From assembly GCA_963709405.1 (NCBI GenBank), contig CAVPXM010000073.1, positions 44,533 to 108,532 of the forward strand: a stretch of DNA of 64,000 nucleotides, given 5' to 3'. This document shows, one piece after another, positions 22,460 through 34,609 of this stretch. The position numbers were made by a program, and so were the translations under genes. Origin of the DNA: an uncultured Nitrososphaerales archaeon. Lineage in GTDB: Archaea > Thermoproteota > Nitrososphaeria > Nitrososphaerales > Nitrososphaeraceae. How positions within the stretch are numbered: position 1 is the first letter of the stretch; the number at the start of each line of letters is the position of its first letter. The notes below the pieces were generated by a model that did not search any database, had not been told where the DNA came from, and worked only from the letters and a program-made list of their open reading frames with translations.

Positions 22460-23434
22460 TCATGTTAATGAAAGAAAGGTTTCTAGCACTGCTGTAGATT
22501 GTTGTGGATATTGGAACATCAGACCATGTCCTCCTCCTCTTATTTGCACAAGCCATGCTCCAGGGATTTTTTCTGCTATCATTACCGAATTTGCTGGTGG
22601 GGAGGTTATATCGTCAGTTCCAGTTATAACCAAGGTGGGCTTTGTTATGCTTGAGAGTCTATTGCAAGTGCCACTCCATTTACTAGTAGCTTCAAGCTGA
22701 AGCTGAAGACTTTCTTTAGAAACCTTACCCATTGGAAGTTTGGGCACAAAATTCTTTTCAATATAGTCTGTGTGCTGCTTTATCCATTCTTTTGGAAACA
22801 ATGTAGATAAGAATGTGTCAATACTCTCAATACTGGCATTACCAGATACCACACTTCTAATAATCTCAGGGCTTAGTTGAGGAGGTAAAGTCTCCTTTCC
22901 TCCACAAGTTGATGAATAAATTATAAGTCTGTTTACCTTCTCTGGATGCAAAAGAGTAAGCTCTTGAGCGACAAATCCCCCTGCAGATAAACCAAGTACG
23001 TCAACAGGTTTTCGGATTCCTAATGCATCTATTAAACCAGCAGTATCATTAGCAAATAGTTGTATCGAGGGAGTTTTGTTACCGGCAGTTGGCTTTCCAA
23101 TTCCTCGATTATCAAAAATGATTATTGTATGATTTGAAGATAGTTTGTCTAACCCTATTGGTTCCTACATATCCATTGTCATTGAAAAACCTGGAATGAG
23201 CAATAATGGTTCACCTTTGCCAAATATTTTGTATGAAATATCAATATCACCTACTTTCACTTTTTTCGTAGGTATGCTATCTACTAATGAAGATGTATCG
23301 TTAATCTTCTTCTGTGCTTGAGCTGTTAGAGCGATTGTATTTTTGAAGATTAATGACGTTGGGACAACTAAGCTGATAAATATAAAAGCAAGTAAAAGAT
23401 ATTTATTCAAACCGCTCCTATTCTCTTCAATCAT
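22460..23434 (-). pseudogene. Alpha/beta hydrolase with in-frame TAG at 23165-23167
   Basis: One continuous frame: PGFSMTMDM*E, FDNRGIG, GLSAGG, GTDD, GGGH. Confidence 0.85.
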
Positions 23435-23482
23435 TTCAATCTCATGATAGCCAAAATTATATTAATTAATCTTATCTTTAGC

Positions 23483-23755
23483 CTAGTTTTTCAAATATAG
23501 ATTTTCAAACAGATACTCTTGCGCTTCCACAATCCCCTTTACCATAGTTAAAATAGCTCGAGATAACGGACTTGTTTCCTGTGAAACTCCATGGAGTAAT
23601 GCCTCTCTTCCATCAGCTATTCCAAAATTAGGTCTAACTACATCTAGATGAGGGAGTTCGCAAACATCCAATAGCTTTTTACAATAAATAATATTATCTG
23701 ACGTAATCTCAGTTACAATTCTTACCTTTACCCCTTTTTCCTTAAGTGGAACTAG
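23483..23755 (-). pseudogene. Fragment of a sensor-kinase N-terminal domain
   Basis: KGVKVRIVTEITSDNI.YCKKL...HLD.V..NFGIADG...QEYLFENL; no kinase core follows. Confidence 0.6.
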
Positions 23756-24061
23756 ACCAGTTTATATTGGCCAATTCGTCAATAAGATCAATAGCGTTAT
23801 AGGATGATTGTTGTGGGGAAAGAATAATGAATAGATCCTTAACTAATACAAATGTTTATATAAAAAATATCAAAAAAGACTCCATAATATGCCAAAATTT
23901 CTCTCTTTAGATGATATACTATTTCAGAATATTTTCCTTACTCTAGAAATTTGATATAATATGAAGATATGATAACAAATCATTTAGTACTGTAGATATG
24001 CCAGATTAGGCCAACACATATCAAGGGAGAAGCAGCAATATATGATCCAGGACAGGAAACA

Positions 24062-25474
24062 TTGGGCGTTAAAGAAGATATTAATAAAGATGCACACAGA
24101 AATGAGGAAAGTGTATCCAAGACTAATCTAGAAAAAATACCTCCTCATGTTTCTATTATTCATGAAAAGAAACAGAAACAGAAACAAAAAAAGAAGCATT
24201 ATCATAGAAACCTCAAACAAATATTCATCTTATCGTTTGATGCCCTAAGGGAAAGAAAAGCCAGATCGATATTGACAATATTGATGGTAGTTGCTGGTGG
24301 CGGTTTAATGATTGCACTTAATGGTATGAGTGCAGGCGTGGCCAGTCTTATTAATAAGCAATTAAGCATCTTGGCACCCAATGTACTGTTTGTCAGTCCT
24401 GGCCAAATTAATTTTCGTGGAGGACCTTCACCACCATCTACTCTAATTTTCAATTCTGAGGTAGTAAATAGAATAAAATCATTGCCATATGTTCAGGAGA
24501 TCCTACCTACATATCAAGGTCAGTTTGAGCTCAACGCTCAAGGAAATATATTAACCACTCCTGTCCTTGCAATGGATCCGACTAAACTTCACTTGGTTAG
24601 TCCCTCATTGCAACTAGTACCTGGTTCGTCAATACAAGAAAATAATCCATCTGGCATGATTGTGGGCGATACTATAGCTAATCCCCCAGGAAAGACAGGC
24701 TTTGTAACAGTTGGCCAGAATATCAAGGCAACATATTCCTTTGCAGACCCTAGAACAGGAAAGCTCCAACACCAGTCTCGAAGTTTTGTGATAAGTGCAA
24801 TAATGGAACCTTCTGGGAATAGTTTCATAGATAGGTCAGTTATAATCAATCTACCAACTGGCAATTCATTATTCAAAAAAGGAGGAAAGTATGATCAAAT
24901 GGCAGTAATTGCACTTTCTGGCGATTATGTTAATGCTGTTCAACAGGAGATCACAAATCTATATGGAAGTAACAATATTGGAGTTACAACTCCTAAAGCT
25001 ATCCTTAAAACAATACAGGGGGCACAGGGAGGAAATAGTTCATTTCAAACAGGTATAGCATTTATTGCACTACTTGTAGGAGCTGTAGGAATTATTACTA
25101 CTCTCTATACATCAGTTAATGAAAGAATAAAAGAAATTGGAACAATGAAGGCTATTGGTGCAAAAAATAGGTTCATCCTTGCACTGTTTCTAAGTGAGGC
25201 TCTGATTATCGGTCTTTTAGGCTCAACACTAGGATTAGTTACAGGTGTTGCAGGTGCGTATATACTAACATCCGGCATGCTTGGAGCAGGAGGAGGTGGA
25301 GGAGGATCACCAGGATCAGGAGGAGGTGGAGGAGCTACTCATTTTGCTCCTATCTTTCTTCCTAATGATCTTTTGAATGTGTGGTTTCTCTCGCTCTCAT
25401 TAAGTTTAGCAGCAGGAGTCTATCCTGCTTGGAAGGCATCTCGTCTCTCTCCGCTAGAAGCTCTAAGAAGATAG
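24062..25474 (+). CDS. ABC transporter permease, MacB/FtsX family
   Basis: RSILTILMV, SVNERIKEIGTMKAIGA, YPAWKASRLSPLEALR. Confidence 0.93.
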   Translation: MGVKEDINKDAHRNEESVSKTNLEKIPPHVSIIHEKKQKQKQKKKHYHRNLKQIFILSFDALRERKARSILTILMVVAGGGLMIALNGMSAGVASLINKQLSILAPNVLFVSPGQINFRGGPSPPSTLIFNSEVVNRIKSLPYVQEILPTYQGQFELNAQGNILTTPVLAMDPTKLHLVSPSLQLVPGSSIQENNPSGMIVGDTIANPPGKTGFVTVGQNIKATYSFADPRTGKLQHQSRSFVISAIMEPSGNSFIDRSVIINLPTGNSLFKKGGKYDQMAVIALSGDYVNAVQQEITNLYGSNNIGVTTPKAILKTIQGAQGGNSSFQTGIAFIALLVGAVGIITTLYTSVNERIKEIGTMKAIGAKNRFILALFLSEALIIGLLGSTLGLVTGVAGAYILTSGMLGAGGGGGGSPGSGGGGGATHFAPIFLPNDLLNVWFLSLSLSLAAGVYPAWKASRLSPLEALRR

Positions 25475-25654
25475 CTTAATTTTGCGACTAAATTAACCAA
25501 CCAACAGAAATAATGGAAAATAACATGGTCCATCTGAATAATGAGAATTGTGTTTATGGCCACAGTAACAGATGTCAATTATCACTTGACGCTACTATTA
25601 TTATTATTATTGTAATTCTTTGTTTGTTTTCTGTGACTCCTATTGGCAAAATAT

Positions 25655-26806
25655 CTATGCTGTTATTTGTCTTCTCTCAATTTCTTGTAGTCTTGTTGTT
25701 ATAGCAATAAGTTGATCTGATAAGTGTGCTATCGCATCATCTTTCATTTTATCACGGGCTCTCATTGATTGGTTCAGTTGTTCTAGTTCTTCTTCTTTTG
25801 ATTGTATATCTGCACCTTGTCTTTCTAGTTGATGGACATTTAGAAATGTCAAATACAGTTCGATCTTTCTAAATATCTCGGCTTTCTCTGAATCCTTTTT
25901 GAGCCAGTATGTAGAACCAGGATGGCCTATAAAATATTCAGAATAATCAGCATATCCTAGATCAGATATAGTAGTTTTTACAAAGCGTCTAAAGAGTGAA
26001 GGGTAATTTGTCTTCGTCGTTTGTTACTATCCTCTCGAGCACCTTTACCCATTCTGTCCAAGGTCTTTGCAAAAGACCTAACTAAATCTTGATATAATGA
26101 AAGGGTTTTTGGGATGTCCTTGTTCTGATAAACCGCAAATACTAGATCAGTATCATCTTTAGTAGGGGTTCTATATTCTGTTATTGTTTTATTTTTTGAT
26201 GTCGTATTCTGCTAATTGTTGTAAGATACTCTCCTTGTCGATATTTATAATCTATCCATAACTTTAGCTGCTGTGTCATCTCATCAGTTAAAAATGCAGT
26301 TCTGTCTGTTCTAGTTTTTGTATATTCACCTCTTACAAAAAACTTCGCCGGCATTGAATTTTCTTTTAGATCAAAATCCTTGATACGAAGAGATAACGCC
26401 TCTTGTTCACGCATTCCAGTTGAAGCTAGTAACATAACATATGTTTTTAATCGAATATCTGAGCAGGCATTTATGATATCGATAAGGTCTTCCTTTGACA
26501 ATGCTTCTTTGTTTTTCTAATTAACTTTGGCAGTCTTACCTTTAACTTAAACTTCCTCGGACTAATATCCACATCATGGTATTCAAGGAAACTCTTGACA
26601 GTGATAATACGCGATTTCATCGTCACTGTTGAAATGTTAGAGTAGCTAAGGTATGAGATATATTCATTTAAAACCTGAAAAACATCATTATTCCCTTCTC
26701 TAATTCTTTTAATAAGTTCGTCTGTGGTTAGATTAAACGTATTTGATATAAAGTTCCTGAATGAGGTTAATCTTCTAAGGTATACATATGCTGTCGATTT
26801 ATTCAT
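25655..26806 (-). pseudogene. Tyrosine recombinase/integrase with multiple frameshifts
   Basis: LASTGMR..EAL and KTRTDR motifs, then ITLHS-FRRF and YFIGH in shifted frames; homologous to 57575-58636. Confidence 0.88.
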
Positions 26807-26983
26807 AATACTGACATTTTGATATACTTAGAAATTGAATCGCCATCGCTAACCATAGGCTTAACGCTTCGAATTGGCGACGATGACGGTGAATGAGCAA
26901 GCCCCATTTACTTCATAATAGGTTAACGAGTTAATATAACTTTTGTATTCATTGATTTGTATGCGCAATGAAACATATTGTTT

Positions 26984-27487
26984 CTATATTTTTTTCAAAA
27001 GTTTTGGACTTAATAGCCATCGCAGCTCCCCTTTCATGATAGGCATTAAAGATGTTATTACAAGTTTCGCTAAGCCAGATTTTTTAAGAATTATTCTAGC
27101 ATTGTCATCACTATCGGAATCAAATGTCAGATTGCCTATCATTTCAGTAAGATAAGGTTGATGCCCTACAATTAAGAGGGACGAATCTAATTTCAATTGT
27201 GATAATTTTTTATATAGTTCTGATCTATTGCCTTCAGGTTTTAATTCATTCCAATCTTCCACTCTCTCTTCCATCGCAAATACCTTAGATACAATGACAG
27301 CTGTTTGATGCGCTCTTTTTAGAGGACTAGTGATTATCCTATCGATATTAATATTTAATTTCTTCAATGATATCGATATATTTTCTACTTCTTTTTGACC
27401 TGTAGATGTAAGTGGTCTATCAAAGTCCTTACTTCCGGACTGCAATCTTTTGCCAGCTTCACCATGACGAAATAGAAATAATTCCAT
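26984..27487 (-). CDS. sixA: Phosphohistidine phosphatase SixA
   Basis: RHG, DRPLT, SPLKRAHQTA, VGHQP motifs. Confidence 0.92.
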   Translation of the reverse strand: MELFLFRHGEAGKRLQSGSKDFDRPLTSTGQKEVENISISLKKLNINIDRIITSPLKRAHQTAVIVSKVFAMEERVEDWNELKPEGNRSELYKKLSQLKLDSSLLIVGHQPYLTEMIGNLTFDSDSDDNARIILKKSGLAKLVITSLMPIMKGELRWLLSPKLLKKI

Positions 27488-27642
27488 TTTATGAAATATA
27501 TTGGTACCAAATATTATTTTACTATTTAAGATTTGAAATAAAATATTTCAAGTAAATGGTAAACTTTTCGAGCTACTTTCACCATTGATAAAGATAAAGC
27601 CATCCTGCATATTATTTATACTTATTTACGAGACGGATTTTC

Positions 27643-27915
27643 TTACGCTTTATTCTTAGCCAAAGACTTGAAGTTAATTTCCAACCCACCTTTTGGCTTA
27701 ATTAACAAATCATAATATTCATTTATCTCAAGAGGAATTAATGATAGATTATCCTTTAAACATGAGGGGCAAATACTAAGCAACTCTTGTGTCATCCCGA
27801 TTTCAAAAATAGTTGCACTCCATAAACAGGAATCACAAAGAGCAAAGCTGCGTTTAGCAATATTGTACAAATTCTCAATCGATTTTATTTGATACGTATG
27901 CAACTTCTTGTCCAT
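27643..27915 (-). CDS. Zn-ribbon hypothetical protein
   Basis: CDSCLWSAT...CPSC. Confidence 0.7.
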   Translation of the reverse strand: MDKKLHTYQIKSIENLYNIAKRSFALCDSCLWSATIFEIGMTQELLSICPSCLKDNLSLIPLEINEYYDLLIKPKGGLEINFKSLAKNKA

Positions 27916-29942
27916 TCATGAAACGATCTTTCATAAATCTCTTACCAAATAACAGTACTTATAATATATGACACTATAGAGAGGTCAGCAGTATCATTAC
28001 TTTATGTTCAACATACATTTGATTGATGAAATAAATCATAATAGTAATAATGATAACAACATAGTGAAATGACTTGCGTTTAATTCGTGTTTATCGATTC
28101 ATCTCAAATGAGTATTAAAGAAGTTGACTGAGCAAGTAGCAGGTAATATGTTACGGTGAAATTTTTGGCGGTCCTCCATTAAACATTTTTTTGTCAAAGA
28201 AAATATATTTAACTCTGACAGTTTACTAGATATCACTCCAAGTGTTGCTCCATATATTAGATGAAATATAACTTAGCCACCAGCTACTACGTAGTATAAA
28301 TTCCTAAAAATGCTTACAAAGTAGGTTTCACGATATATTTGAAACTATATCATCTGTAGAGAGGATAATGTTTTGATAGGCTCTAATTCTTGTATATCGA
28401 GGTAGCGTGCCAGATAAGTATACACAATCTTATAATGTTGGATCGTTCAAGTATTTGAGTGAATAATGTAAAGTACAGGACTCGATACCTATTGTAGTAT
28501 ATATAGAAATCAGAAGGGAGCAAGATCGATTTACTGCAGATATTCATATAGAGGCCTCGATAGCCATAAAATAACTGAATATCATACTTGATAACCCATG
28601 AATATGAACACCAGTAGTTGTTATGGTAAAAAATATTTTTCATCTAACACTGCATTATTGATTATTGACCCATTCAACGGTTTATTTATTTGAGGGTGGT
28701 AGACTATGGTCTTTTAAGAAAGAAACCGTCAATTGCACCAGTCTCATCAAAAATCTAAGAAATATAATTTGTGTTTATGTAATATATTACTATTCAAAGT
28801 AGTCTATCTTGAAAGATAAGAATGACTGAATTCGAGACCTACGGTAAAATCTCCTTGCACTAAAACGGGTTCATGTCGTCATGTTCGAAACGATACAAAA
28901 ATTAGCTACCATTCATTGATGCACAAGCCTAAATATTCCTAACCCATCCTTTAATTGACACAATATTTCTTGATTTGATTCAATCAGTCTAAAAAAATAG
29001 CATATGATTGATGGTGTGCCCCAAAGCAATCTGTAAGGATGAACCCATGTCATCAATTTTCTACATTTATGCTATCGGGGATTCCCGTCAACCTTATGCT
29101 GTAAAATGACAGCAGATCTATCTATTGACTACAGCGATAAATGGCTATTCAAAATGAATTAGTAACATGGCGTGATCTCTATGCGACATATATGATCTAT
29201 ATAACTGGAGAAGACATGTGAGAAACGTTTGATTTTTTTTGAAAAATATACCAACCTAGGCGTGAAGGCATTGGCCAGCATACTTGTGAATGTTACATAT
29301 AATAACAGCTTAATGGTTTTCTTATGATAAAACATCTGGACATCGGATACAGTGTCATAATATACATTTACATTTGACAGTTTTGCTCAGAAATATGAAT
29401 GCACTCCGAGTCCATACCAGTTTCATTTAATTGGGCAATAAGAAATATATCTCATAATAAAGAATTGGTTTGAATTGAGTAAAAGGTTACCACGAATAGA
29501 CTTACTAAATTACCAAACAATTCCCCAGAATTATAAGAACAGTCAAAAGTAAAATGTGCAGGAAAAAAGAATCAGATTTGGCGTTAGATCTTGACTCATC
29601 ATACTTTTTTATTTCCTGAATCGATTGTTCAGATGAATAAGTTGCAAACATAAAAAATACCAGAATTAGATACAAATATTATCCGTTGCAAAGTACGTTA
29701 TACAATGAGCCTAAAATTACCTACTATTGTTAAGTAGCTGATGGTCGATGACTATCATAAGGAAGGGCTATTGACAAATATTATATGTAGGGCAGCGCGA
29801 TTGATATAATTTATTTTCTAATATTATTTAATCCGATATCTCACAGGTGAATATTGGAAAAAATAAATATTTATTACCAATAGAGAACCGTACCACAAAT
29901 GAAAAAAGATCGCAATAATCAGTTTAAGGTAATAATATTCAA

Positions 29943-30575
29943 TTGTCAATAGTTTTTGAAATAGCAAGACCGTTAATAGAATTCATTACTTCCTTCATTT
30001 CTAGTGTTGGATATCTCGGAATATTTTTTCTGATGACTCTTGAAAGCGCGATGATTCCAATTCCTAGTGAAATCATAATGCCTTTCTCAGGCTTCCTGGC
30101 TTCAACTGGAAAGTTTGAACCTATACTAGTAGTACTGGCTGGTTCATTAGGAAACCTAGTTGGCTCGATATTAACATATTATTTTGGTCTTAAAGTAGGC
30201 AGATCCTTTATTATCAAATATGGAAAATACATATTTTTTAAAAAGGAGCATTTGGAGTTCACGGAAAGACTATTTCAAAACTATGGAGATAAAATTTCAT
30301 TCGTAGGTAGATTATTACCTGTTATAAGAACTTATGTTTCTCTTCCTGCGGGAATAGGAAGGACAAGATTCACCAAATTTGTGTTCTATACCCTAGTTGG
30401 CTCTCTAATCTGGAATTCGATACTCACATTTGCCGGAATGCAACTTGGAAATAATTGGAAAAACATTGACAAATACTCTATCTATTTAGATATTGCTACT
30501 GTTTGTATACTCGCAGTTTTTGGTGTCTGGCTTATAGTTAAAGTCAGGAAAGGACGGAAAAAACAGCTTTCATAG
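29943..30575 (+). CDS. DedA family membrane protein
   Basis: LESAMIPIPSEII, GRLLPVIRTYVSLPAG. Confidence 0.93.
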   Translation: MSIVFEIARPLIEFITSFISSVGYLGIFFLMTLESAMIPIPSEIIMPFSGFLASTGKFEPILVVLAGSLGNLVGSILTYYFGLKVGRSFIIKYGKYIFFKKEHLEFTERLFQNYGDKISFVGRLLPVIRTYVSLPAGIGRTRFTKFVFYTLVGSLIWNSILTFAGMQLGNNWKNIDKYSIYLDIATVCILAVFGVWLIVKVRKGRKKQLS

Positions 30576-30664
30576 AAAACTCACAAGCTTGATACATGCT
30601 GGTCGAAAACTAAATCGATAAAAAAAGACGAGCACGAGAAATAGATGAGAGGTTTGATCGTTTA

Positions 30665-31705
30665 CTATTTCAATGAATAGTTTTGGGTGTTGTTTGTTTG
30701 ATTGATTGCTGTTTGATTGATATATAGATAATTCGTGTTTGGGTCATATTGAATTTTATCCATAGTTATTACATTAAACCCATTATCATGCAGGTATCTC
30801 ATTTCTGTCTCAAACAAACCTATATCAGTACTAAACGGTCTTCGACTATTATCTATAGCATGATATGCCATTATCGGAATCGCATTTATTGTATCATTTG
30901 TATTATAACGGGTTTGACTATTTACATCATTAACAAATTTCGAAAATATTAACGTATCATTATACGCGTAATCCTGATCCCACGCATTATGACTTTGTTC
31001 TCTAATTGAATATCTATTTATAAAATTTAGCTCACCACGTTCATTATAAGTTTTGCAATCGATTTGATTGGGAGCTCTTTCATATCCCCTACAATGCAAA
31101 TACATTAAATGAGCAAACCCGTTATCTGCAAGATTATAATATTTGGAAATTTCATTAATTATAGTTGAGTTATTCCATGCATCTCCATGAGGTACTGCAA
31201 AAATGGTAGCTCTGATGGCATGATCTGCTAGACACTTTTTTGACTGGCTTATTTCAAATTCCAAATCTTTGTAAGGCAGGCCATTCAAATCTCTATGTGA
31301 CATAGCTTTAGATTCCACATCGTGGCCTTGGCTGTGTAATAGTTGTATCTCCTGCCAACTCATTCGTGAACTTTTATCATCATCGACTGTACCTACCCAG
31401 TTACATGTTACAAAGAAACTTCCTTTAAATCCGTACTTGTCAAGGATTGGTTTTGCATTCGTATATTGAGTTTGTGATATATCCCCAAATGTTAAAATTA
31501 TTATTTTATTCAAATTAATAGGACGGATTTTAGTACTATTCTGAACATAGGAAACGGTCTTATTTTGATCTTTACCTGCAATTGCTATAAATCTAAGTGG
31601 GTGCACATATAATCCAAGAACTATCAGTATTGTTAGAATCAAGAATGCTGTCACGAATATTTTCTTGTTATTTGCAAAAAAATGGATTGAGAATGGAAGT
31701 ACCAT
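30665..31705 (-). CDS. Polysaccharide deacetylase family protein, membrane-anchored
   Basis: ILTFGD, KYGFKGSFF, MSWQEI, SH motifs; TFDD is altered to TFGD. Confidence 0.85.
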   Translation of the reverse strand: MVLPFSIHFFANNKKIFVTAFLILTILIVLGLYVHPLRFIAIAGKDQNKTVSYVQNSTKIRPINLNKIIILTFGDISQTQYTNAKPILDKYGFKGSFFVTCNWVGTVDDDKSSRMSWQEIQLLHSQGHDVESKAMSHRDLNGLPYKDLEFEISQSKKCLADHAIRATIFAVPHGDAWNNSTIINEISKYYNLADNGFAHLMYLHCRGYERAPNQIDCKTYNERGELNFINRYSIREQSHNAWDQDYAYNDTLIFSKFVNDVNSQTRYNTNDTINAIPIMAYHAIDNSRRPFSTDIGLFETEMRYLHDNGFNVITMDKIQYDPNTNYLYINQTAINQTNNTQNYSLK

Positions 31706-32085
31706 TATAATATATATAATATAGTATTAGGTATATTTATCTAAACGTACTTAATAAATAATAGATACCTTTTCAAATACGAATTAGATGTCATCTTCAA
31801 AACAGCTAGACATCTGTACCTAAGGCCTAATATATGCAGTTATCCGACTTCTTTGGAATAGTCTAATAACTTCAAAAAAGAAGATTCTCAAGCATTAGTA
31901 GATAGAACTTTAAGAAATAATTCAATTATTTTGTTTTTAAATTCAATATTTTATCGCTGGTGAATTTATTGATAGCTGCGCTATCATCCAATAATACAAC
32001 TTACGCAAGTTGCTGACGAATCAGAAAACTTATTTAGTTAAAAAACGAAAAATGAAAATCGTATGATAAAGATTATATTCTAATC

Positions 32086-32277
32086 TTAAGTTTGCTTGAT
32101 TAATTTTCGATATTTTTCTTCATTTTTCTTGGCATCTTCTTCGAAGTCTTGTGCGGTCATTCCATGTGTTTCCATAGCATGTTTTTTAGCGTTTTCAAAT
32201 AGCTCTTGTTCTGTGTTACCCGTAATGGTGTGAGAACAATTTAGATCACCAGCTTCTTTACAATTTATTGATAACAT
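32086..32277 (-). CDS. DUF1059-like small metal-binding protein
   Basis: MLSINCKEAGDLNC...EL...KKHAMETHGM; likely start is 32277, not 32376. Confidence 0.8.
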   Translation of the reverse strand: MLSINCKEAGDLNCSHTITGNTEQELFENAKKHAMETHGMTAQDFEEDAKKNEEKYRKLIKQT

Positions 32278-32806
32278 TAGGTTCAGATTCAAAAATAGAG
32301 TCGTTGTATATAAAGACAGCTTTCTTTCATCACCCTGCGTATTATATTGCCTATTTCTCTGTTTTGATATTTTCATATTTATGAACTAGCTGGGGGTTGA
32401 ATATAGTCAGGAAATAATTAGAGATATAGTAGCTTTAGGGTACATACTAGACCAGTATTCAATTTTTTCCACCCTGCTTATAAGAAAGTCGTAATACATA
32501 GGGAACTCTAGATAGATAGAAAGTTATGTAATACTAAGATCATACTGAGTAAGAAGCTATCAGAGTTTATTTTTAGTCGACATTTAAGGAATGTTTTAAT
32601 TATTGATTTACGCTTGTTAGGCTACCTAATTTAAAATGACAAGTAAATTTAGTAACTTAACAATCATTATGAATTATAGCATTTGTAGTACATTCTACGA
32701 ATGTATCGATTTATTTTACTGCGTTACCAAGATTGGAATAACATAGTTAACCTATTCTTATATCTCAAGTCGGCATTAATAACATGTGAGGTGAAATCTT
32801 GAAAAT

Positions 32807-32917
32807 ATGCAGGTCAATATTATTAATAAACTAAAACACGACAAAGTAACATTTGGGTTGGCGGCAATGCTAGTGGTTGTAGTAGGCATTTTAGCATACA
32901 TAGTCTTAAGTTTATAG
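32807..32917 (+). CDS. 36-aa single-TM small protein (copy A)
   Basis: MQVNIINKLKHDKVTFGLAAMLVVVVGILAYIVLSL, with GAGGTGA upstream. Confidence 0.45.
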   Translation: MQVNIINKLKHDKVTFGLAAMLVVVVGILAYIVLSL

Positions 32918-33137
32918 GAATCGGCAATTCGTCCAGATTCATAACTAACTTCTTTTTAGCGCATAAAATATAATTAACATTATTCTTATTCATTCAATCA
33001 TTTAGTATAACAAGTCGAACCACAATGTGATATATGTTGTAAGATATGCTCTTAACCAGCAGAGATGGAATACTAATAATCTACTATCAAAGATACAATA
33101 TGAAAAGGGATTATTAATAGAAAATCACGGTTCGAAT

Positions 33138-33752
33138 GGCTCTGTTCATTTAACGGATAGACCTATAGCTGAAAACTTCCTACATTCTGATGATGGCTAT
33201 ATGCAAAGAAAGAAGTAGGACTTCATCAAAGTATGTATATTACGCATTACAGCTGTACTTCTCAGGCCTATCACTTCGAAAAACATCACAAAGGCTATCT
33301 CAATTTATCAAAAGAAACCATGTTTCTATTTGGAACTGGATCCAGCGATACAAGCCAAGGAAAATATTGCAAACGAGATGCAATACTGATAGGACAATCC
33401 TTGGTATTCGTATCTCCATTGAAAGGAACATGCTTGTGGCTGAACAGTTTATACAATCTTTGATTAGAAGATATGGAAAGCACGATATTTCAACAGATGG
33501 TAGCACATGGTATCCACAAGCATGTAGATTCCTGAATGTTGAACATCATAATCATTCCTCGATTGAAAAAAGCTTCATAGAAAGGACAATACAGTACATA
33601 ATAAAAGATAGAACCAAATGTTTTGATGATTATTTCCCTTGTAGGAAAGATAATAATGATTGTAAGCTAAAGCATGTCATGAATTGGTTGGGCTTATTTG
33701 TAGATATGCACAATAGAGAGATTATGGAAAAGAATGTTAAGTGAACAGAGCC
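33138..33752 (+). mobile_element. IS6-family element, internally deleted
   Basis: TIRs ggctctgttca..; exact 8-bp TSD gttcgaat; ORF 33190-33744 lacks the IDET segment. Confidence 0.93.
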
Positions 33753-34019
33753 GTTCGAATAGTGAGAACTGTTTTATCTTGGCTGATGACTAACGGAATT
33801 TGACCAAGACACGAAGGTGAAGGTGATAAGTTGATCAAAACCAATGGCTGCTAATCAGACGTTACAGACATGATTGATAATTAAAGTTAAAGAACGTACA
33901 GTAAATAACGAGGATAATTAAATCAAGTCAATTCTTAACTATGATGAATCAGATTTAATGAAGCATACTGATCATCCTAATCATAATAAACCATCAAATA
34001 TACCTACTGGTAGAATTAT

Positions 34020-34299
34020 ATGAACAGCAAGACGATCGCAATTATAGCAATTGGCAGCAGTAGGTGCTATGTTAATTGCTACATCAGCTATGGCATTACT
34101 AGATCACGCAGTATATGCAAAAAACTATAGACACCATCATCATCACCACGGTAGTAGCAGTAAGCAATCACAGGCTGCGGCACAGGCCAATGTCTGCGGA
34201 AATGGATCTTTACCATTGAAAATTTTCTGTCAAGCACTAAGTAATCAAATCCAAGGCGATGGTAACGCAGTAAACGTAATTGGTGTACAACCATCCTAA
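34020..34299 (+). CDS. Secreted His6-containing peptide (copy A, 1-nt insertion near 34053)
   Basis: Matches intact 55833-56111. Confidence 0.75.
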
Positions 34300-34394
34300 A
34301 AAGACAAAGAAAAATTACTTCTCAACACAGGTTTTCACTTTTTTTCACTTTTTTGGTTTGAAAATGGATGTTCTAGTAATTATAATAGTGATAT

Positions 34395-34598
34395 CGACCA
34401 AACGCTCTGGCTGTAAATGCCTTAGCTAATAGATCTAATCGAAATGTCTATGCTACCGATGCAATCTTTGTCCATGAGTCCGTGTACCAATCAAATTTCC
34501 ACCAGAATCAACAATTGCGACGTTCATGGGTTGTCCCAGTTCAGCTGCTTTTTTCTCGGCAGCCCCAATGACCTTGTTGGCGCGTTAAGTGTAATCAT
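34395..34598 (-). pseudogene. GlcG/HbpS heme-binding protein fragment (copy A)
   Basis: Mirror of 55533-55736. Confidence 0.7.
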
Positions 34599-34609
34599 GA
34601 CAATTTCAT

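Noticed and set aside
23165-23167. Pyrrolysine or readthrough at the in-frame TAG
   Set aside because: The position corresponds to Trp and no pyl genes are in the window; a point change is simpler.
25283-25335. Gly-rich GGA repeat in the ABC permease
   Set aside because: Ordinary low-complexity loop within a coding region.
28383-28643. 86-aa Tyr-rich ORF
   Set aside because: Composition fits random AT-rich sequence and no motif was recognised.
33027-33218. 63-aa ORF (and mirror 56920-57111)
   Set aside because: It reads across the IS6 boundary, so it is a chance fusion.
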